A stretch of 64,000 nucleotides of DNA, taken from assembly GCA_963749155.1 (NCBI GenBank), contig CAVVLO010000002.1, positions 832,001 to 896,000 on the forward strand. Direction: 5' to 3'. Shown piece by piece: positions 59,907-64,000 of the stretch. Positions within the stretch are counted from its first letter, which is position 1, and every line of letters starts with the position of its first letter. Origin of the DNA: an uncultured Armatimonadia bacterium. GTDB taxonomy: Bacteria; Armatimonadota; Zipacnadia; CAVVLO01. Made by a program: the position numbers and the translations under genes. The notes below the pieces were generated by a model, which was not told where the DNA came from, did no database searches, and worked only from the letters and a program-made list of their open reading frames with translations.

Positions 59907-60693
59907 TTACTCTTCCAGATCAACGTCATCTTTAGAACTGCCGCCACCTGCGGGGGCTGAGGGCGCTGGTGCAGCTCCTCCGCCACCTGGGGGCGTGGGC
60001 ATAACTGGGCCCATACCGCCAGGACCAGGACCAGCCATTCCGGGACCGGCCATTCCAGGAGCCGCCGCACCAGGGGCCGCCGCCGCGGCCGCGCCAGGGG
60101 CTGCCGGCTTCCTCAAGGGTTCTTTCAGTGCAGCCGTAAACCTGAACGCAATGGTTTCCAGCTCGCCATTTACCATTGCATTGTTGAGCATATCGCCGGT
60201 TTCTACAATCGCCGCGTTAGATGAACCTGCGAGCGTGGTGTTGGTCACCGCAGGACACCTGATGAAATTGAAATAGAACCGGGCCATATGCCTTACGCTC
60301 TTGGCGTAACCGTCGATACTTATCTGGGTGCCATCGCAGTCCAGACGCTTGACGACGGCATCCGAGGACACATAAGGGAATATGCGCTCTATGGCCTCTT
60401 GCCATTTCCGGTTGTAATCCATGAGGTCATTGGCGTAAGTGACCCGAACCTCATAAGGCTGGATTTGGCCCTTGACTCGCTCAAGTTCGGCCTTGGCGGC
60501 ATCGGCCTCGGCCTTGGCGCCAGCGAGCGATGCAAGCTCAGTCTTCCTTGGCAGCCAAAGCGCTGTTGCCCTGCTTCATCAGCAGGCCGAAGATGGCCAG
60601 TTCGACGATAATCAGGACCAGGAAAACGAGCAAGAAGGTTTTGATCTTCTTGCGTTCCCTAATGTAGTCGGGCAGGAGATCTAACCTGATCAA
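59907..60693 (-). CDS. pilN: PilN-like pilus alignment protein (frame breaks at about 60540 and 60450)
   Basis: TTG start MIRLDLLPDY (INLLP-like motif), TM, coiled coil, and 'ISIDGYAKS...ARF'. Confidence 0.75.
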
Positions 60694-60741
60694 GCTTCTT
60701 TCACCTCGGCCGCCCGCAGCACAGGCAGAGTGCAGCGCTTA

Positions 60742-62067
60742 TCAATATAGGTCACGAACAGCAAGCCCCGTTGCAACGGCGAGCAGGGGCGACAGCTTCC
60801 TGGCTTGCTCGGGGTCAACTTTCGGCCCCAGCTTCATTCCAGCAGTCACATCGGCGATTACGACAGGAAGCCCGAGCTGGCCCTGAACATAGAGCGCCAG
60901 ATTGCGCAAGCCGGTCATTCCGCCTGTAAGGAATACTTTTACGACCTCATGGTCGGGATTCCTGCTTTGATAAAATTCGAGTGAGCGTTCTAGTTCTGCG
61001 ACCAGGTCACTAATGATGGGAGTAATGACCTCGCCAAGAGCCGCCATGGTTTCATCTTGAGGAACATCCCAGCCTGGCGCTTCAGCGACAGGTGCAGGCT
61101 CAGGCGCCGGAGCAGGGGCTTCAGGCTCGGGGGCCTTCGGCTCCAGTCCTTGTACTCCGCCACCGGGCAGACTAAAGTCATCTTCCTCTGGCAGATCGAA
61201 CTGAGGGCCATCAACAGTATCCTGGTAAGCAGCCGGACCGGTTGCAGGCGCCCCAGGGGCAGTGTAGTCGCCCATCGCACTGAAGCCTATCCCGCCACCT
61301 TCGCCCGATTCGTCTTCTATGAGAACGATACCGAAGTCACACTTGATGCGCTCGGCTTCTTCACGATCGATGGTGAACTCGTTGGTAATGGCCCGGTTGA
61401 TATTGTCAGAGCCTATATTGAGGCCGCGGACAAAGGTCAATCCACCATTACTGAAGACTGAAAGCGTGGTGCCCGAGAAGCCCATATCCACGACCGCAAT
61501 GGTCTTGCCACTGCCATCGCCCCATTGACCGCCTTCCTGGGTAAGCATAACGGCGCGGCCAGCAGCGGTAGGCGGTACCTCAATGCCTACAGTTGTGAGC
61601 TTGGCTTTCTTGACCACGGTAAGCTCGGCCTCGATTGCCTCTTTTTGCGCCGCAGCCAGGACGACTTTCATCGTGGGCTGGTCTTCGCCACCCGGAACGG
61701 CCTGGAAGTCAGTTTCTACTTCATCAGCCGGGAACGGTACGTGGCGTTCGAGATCCATCTTCATCGTAGTAGCCAGATCTTTGGCAGTCATGCGCTCCAT
61801 ATCAATGACGCGCGTAACCGCAGCAGCCTGGCCGCTGATGGAGACGATCGTGTTGCGGTTGGAGAAAGGAGCCGAAGAAAGCAGATCCGCAATGGCGCCG
61901 GCAAGTGCATCGGCGTCAGTGATGAGTCCACCTTCCATTGCGCCAGTAGGCACGGGAAGGGCAGCTGCCGCAGCTAGCTCTAACCCTTCTCTGCCTGCGT
62001 GGATCTCCACGGCTTTGATATAGCTAGTTCCGAGATCAAGACCCAGTGCGGTAGCAGCCTTTGCCAT
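60742..62067 (-). CDS. pilM: type IV pilus assembly protein PilM (actin/FtsA-like)
   Basis: GLDLGTSYIKAVE, VVDMG, ELERSLEFY, FLTGG and VATGLA. Confidence 0.92.
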   Translation of the reverse strand: MAKAATALGLDLGTSYIKAVEIHAGREGLELAAAAALPVPTGAMEGGLITDADALAGAIADLLSSAPFSNRNTIVSISGQAAAVTRVIDMERMTAKDLATTMKMDLERHVPFPADEVETDFQAVPGGEDQPTMKVVLAAAQKEAIEAELTVVKKAKLTTVGIEVPPTAAGRAVMLTQEGGQWGDGSGKTIAVVDMGFSGTTLSVFSNGGLTFVRGLNIGSDNINRAITNEFTIDREEAERIKCDFGIVLIEDESGEGGGIGFSAMGDYTAPGAPATGPAAYQDTVDGPQFDLPEEDDFSLPGGGVQGLEPKAPEPEAPAPAPEPAPVAEAPGWDVPQDETMAALGEVITPIISDLVAELERSLEFYQSRNPDHEVVKVFLTGGMTGLRNLALYVQGQLGLPVVIADVTAGMKLGPKVDPEQARKLSPLLAVATGLAVRDLY

Positions 62068-62209
62068 TTGCCAAAAGCCCCCCGTGCAGAATCTGGCCGG
62101 ATGGCCTCGATTGCGCTAAAAGGCAGTTCGATGTACCGGACCTAACTCCCGCCAATGCAGCAAAAGATGGAGCCAGGCTTGCCGCTACAAGCGGCACTCC
62201 CTCGCCGGG

Positions 62210-62238
62210 AGTATACGACACGATATGCCCAGTGTCAA
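62210..62238 (-). promoter_or_regulatory. sigma70 promoter of the pilM operon
   Basis: TTGACA-N17-TATACT, about 140 nt upstream of pilM. Confidence 0.8.
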
Positions 62239-62263
62239 GCAAAGACAAGCCTGGTGCGGGTTC

Positions 62264-64000
62264 TTAGTCCTCCTGGATCATTGTCTCATAGTCAGGCATG
62301 ACGGAGGTGAAGTAAACATCCATCCCTCCGTACTCGCCCGGTGCGGCGTCGCTGACTCGGGCACTGGTCCAGAACACCCAATACTTCGTCCCGATTCCAG
62401 AGTCTCCTCCCCCATTGTCATAAGGAAAATCTTCTGAAGTTACATTGAAGTCTCCCTCATGCACGAGGTGGTGCATTGGAACCTGGGCGGGTCTGCTCCA
62501 GGCGACGTCGTCAGCTGTGCCAACCCCTAGCTTGTACATCAACTGGGAGGTACGCTCGAAGCCGAGTTGCTCCCAGAACAACGCGAACTGGTCGGCGGAA
62601 TAACTCGAAACCAGGACTGGATTATTATCATCCCGGACCGAGGTCGTCGCTCTGTAAGTGAAGGGCGAATAGGCGATGCTGAGCCAGGCGTCAAAAACTC
62701 CAAGCACTGGACCCGAGATAGGCCTGCCAAATTGCAGCCGGCCATTTACCGGGTCGATGGTGGCTTGCATACCTGCCAGCAGCGGATTGGTTAGCGTTAC
62801 CCTGAATACGCCGCTGGTTGGCTCATAAGAACCTATCGCCGGTATCCAGGTCAGCTCTTCTTCGTGCTGTACCCCTCCTGCAATGTAATCCAGGAAGATC
62901 CGGGGGTCGTCCCCAGTACGCACATTCAGGAAGTTATCGGTGGCCAACCAGTCGAGATGGCGCGTCCAGAAGACTCGCCGGCTCGTATCCACGCCAAGCA
63001 GCTCGCGAGGATTATTACCGGCTACGCCAGTAGTGCCGATGCGGGCAAAGGGCAAACGCCCGTAGTTGAGCGCCGCGTTGCTGATCTGGTTGAACACGAA
63101 GCGAGACAGATAGACATCTTCGTTCCCGAAGTTGGAGTTATACCCCGTGTAGGCGAGATAAACATACTCGCGCCCACCACTGTCGGTAAAGAAGAAGCCG
63201 GAAGGGCTCCTTGGTGTAGCTGAGGCTGGCCGCGCGCGGCCGGATGACCGGCGTTGCCAGGCCAACCAGCGGACTGGACCAGCTATCGGTAGAGTTAAGG
63301 GCAGCCATCCCGATAGGCATTGGATTCGCTTGCACAGTAGCAGCGCCCGCATTCACCATCAGACCGACAAGCTTGGGGGTGCCTCCGACATAGGAAGTGG
63401 CGCCAAGCAGATGCAGGCCTGGGATCTGGGGCACTCCGGCAGGCGCAGTTACATCTCGCAGGGCAAGCTGGGTGCTTGTTGCCCCCTGGAAGGTCAGCTG
63501 CACCGCGGCAGCGCCTTCCTGGGAGACCCAGAGTTCCTGCATCATAGCTGCGGGATCTGTGCTCGAGGCACTGCGCTGCAAGTAGGTATAGACCGTCCCA
63601 CCCAGCTCCACGATGTTGGAGCAAGGCAACAGGCCGGCTGGCCCTGCTATAGCAGCCGGGGCCGCGAAGTTCCAGTGGCGGTAATTGGGATCTATGCCTC
63701 CCACAAACGGCAAGCCTTGCTTCCACCAGACTTGTCCAGCCATGTCGGCATAAGTAATCGCAAGCCGGCTCGAGACATTGGCGGCATCCGGCACGAAGGT
63801 GGCGCGTGGCCGGTAGGCGTTCGACACCCAGCTTCCCAGGTCGCCCGAGAGCGGAGTCTCAGTGATGGTCGTCTTCAGGTTTACCTGAGCCTGCAGAGGC
63901 TCGGCGCCAGCCGTGCTCGAAAGCTGCAGGATACCCGAATAGGTCCCAGCCGGCTGGCCGGTGGGCACTGGATCGGGCAAGTTCAGTCCAAGCCTGAGAG
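62264..64000 (-). CDS. 3' part of a large beta-rich hypothetical protein, probably secreted (frame break near 63220; runs off window edge)
   Basis: ORFs 63138-63980 and 62264-63352 join. Propeller-like segments (VYLAYT..DVYL, FALFWE, YWVFWTS..DVYF); upstream of pilM. Confidence 0.6.

Noticed and set aside
2841..63980. Many split genes (GH35, LamG, TPR, GH42-like, pilN, pilO and others) as programmed frameshifts, recoding or true pseudogenes
   Set aside because: Breaks are scattered single-base frame changes in unrelated genes with no shared slippery motif and no in-frame stop pattern; indel sequencing error is the simplest explanation. Needs read-level confirmation.

Overview
GC-rich bacterial genomic DNA, probably a long-read or metagenome assembly: many conserved genes carry isolated 1-nt frame breaks. 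A secretin and type IV pilus genes (diderm) together with a PASTA kinase, many orphan CAZymes and SigH-like promoters suggest an Armatimonadota-like lineage; this is inference only. In order the window holds: (1) a sigma28-promoter-driven operon of a 64-aa protein and two V4R/H-NOX-clan-like proteins, running off the left edge; (2) two heavily disrupted paralogous secreted PepSY-like genes, a GH35 beta-galactosidase, a secreted metzincin-motif protease, a LamG protein and menA; (3) a dinJ-yafQ toxin-antitoxin module between perfect 33-bp direct repeats inside a glycosidase operon; (4) a PAS hybrid histidine kinase with a degenerate ATP-binding domain; (5) a CAZyme-rich stretch (GH29, GHL6/GH151-like, GH4, GH42-like, GH99-like, clan GH-A with CBM9, and a sulfatase-like enzyme with Thr at the nucleophile position); (6) a six-gene array of small zinc-ribbon/membrane proteins, four of them divergent paralogs; (7) queF; (8) DUF4139, VIT-VWA, anti-sigma, ECF sigma and PASTA pseudokinase genes, with a repeated ECF promoter motif; (9) aroB-aroK-aroC; (10) pilMNO(P), a truncated secretin paralog and a full secretin. 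I saw no rRNA, tRNA, CRISPR array or transposase. All product calls come from motif recognition by eye, not database searches.
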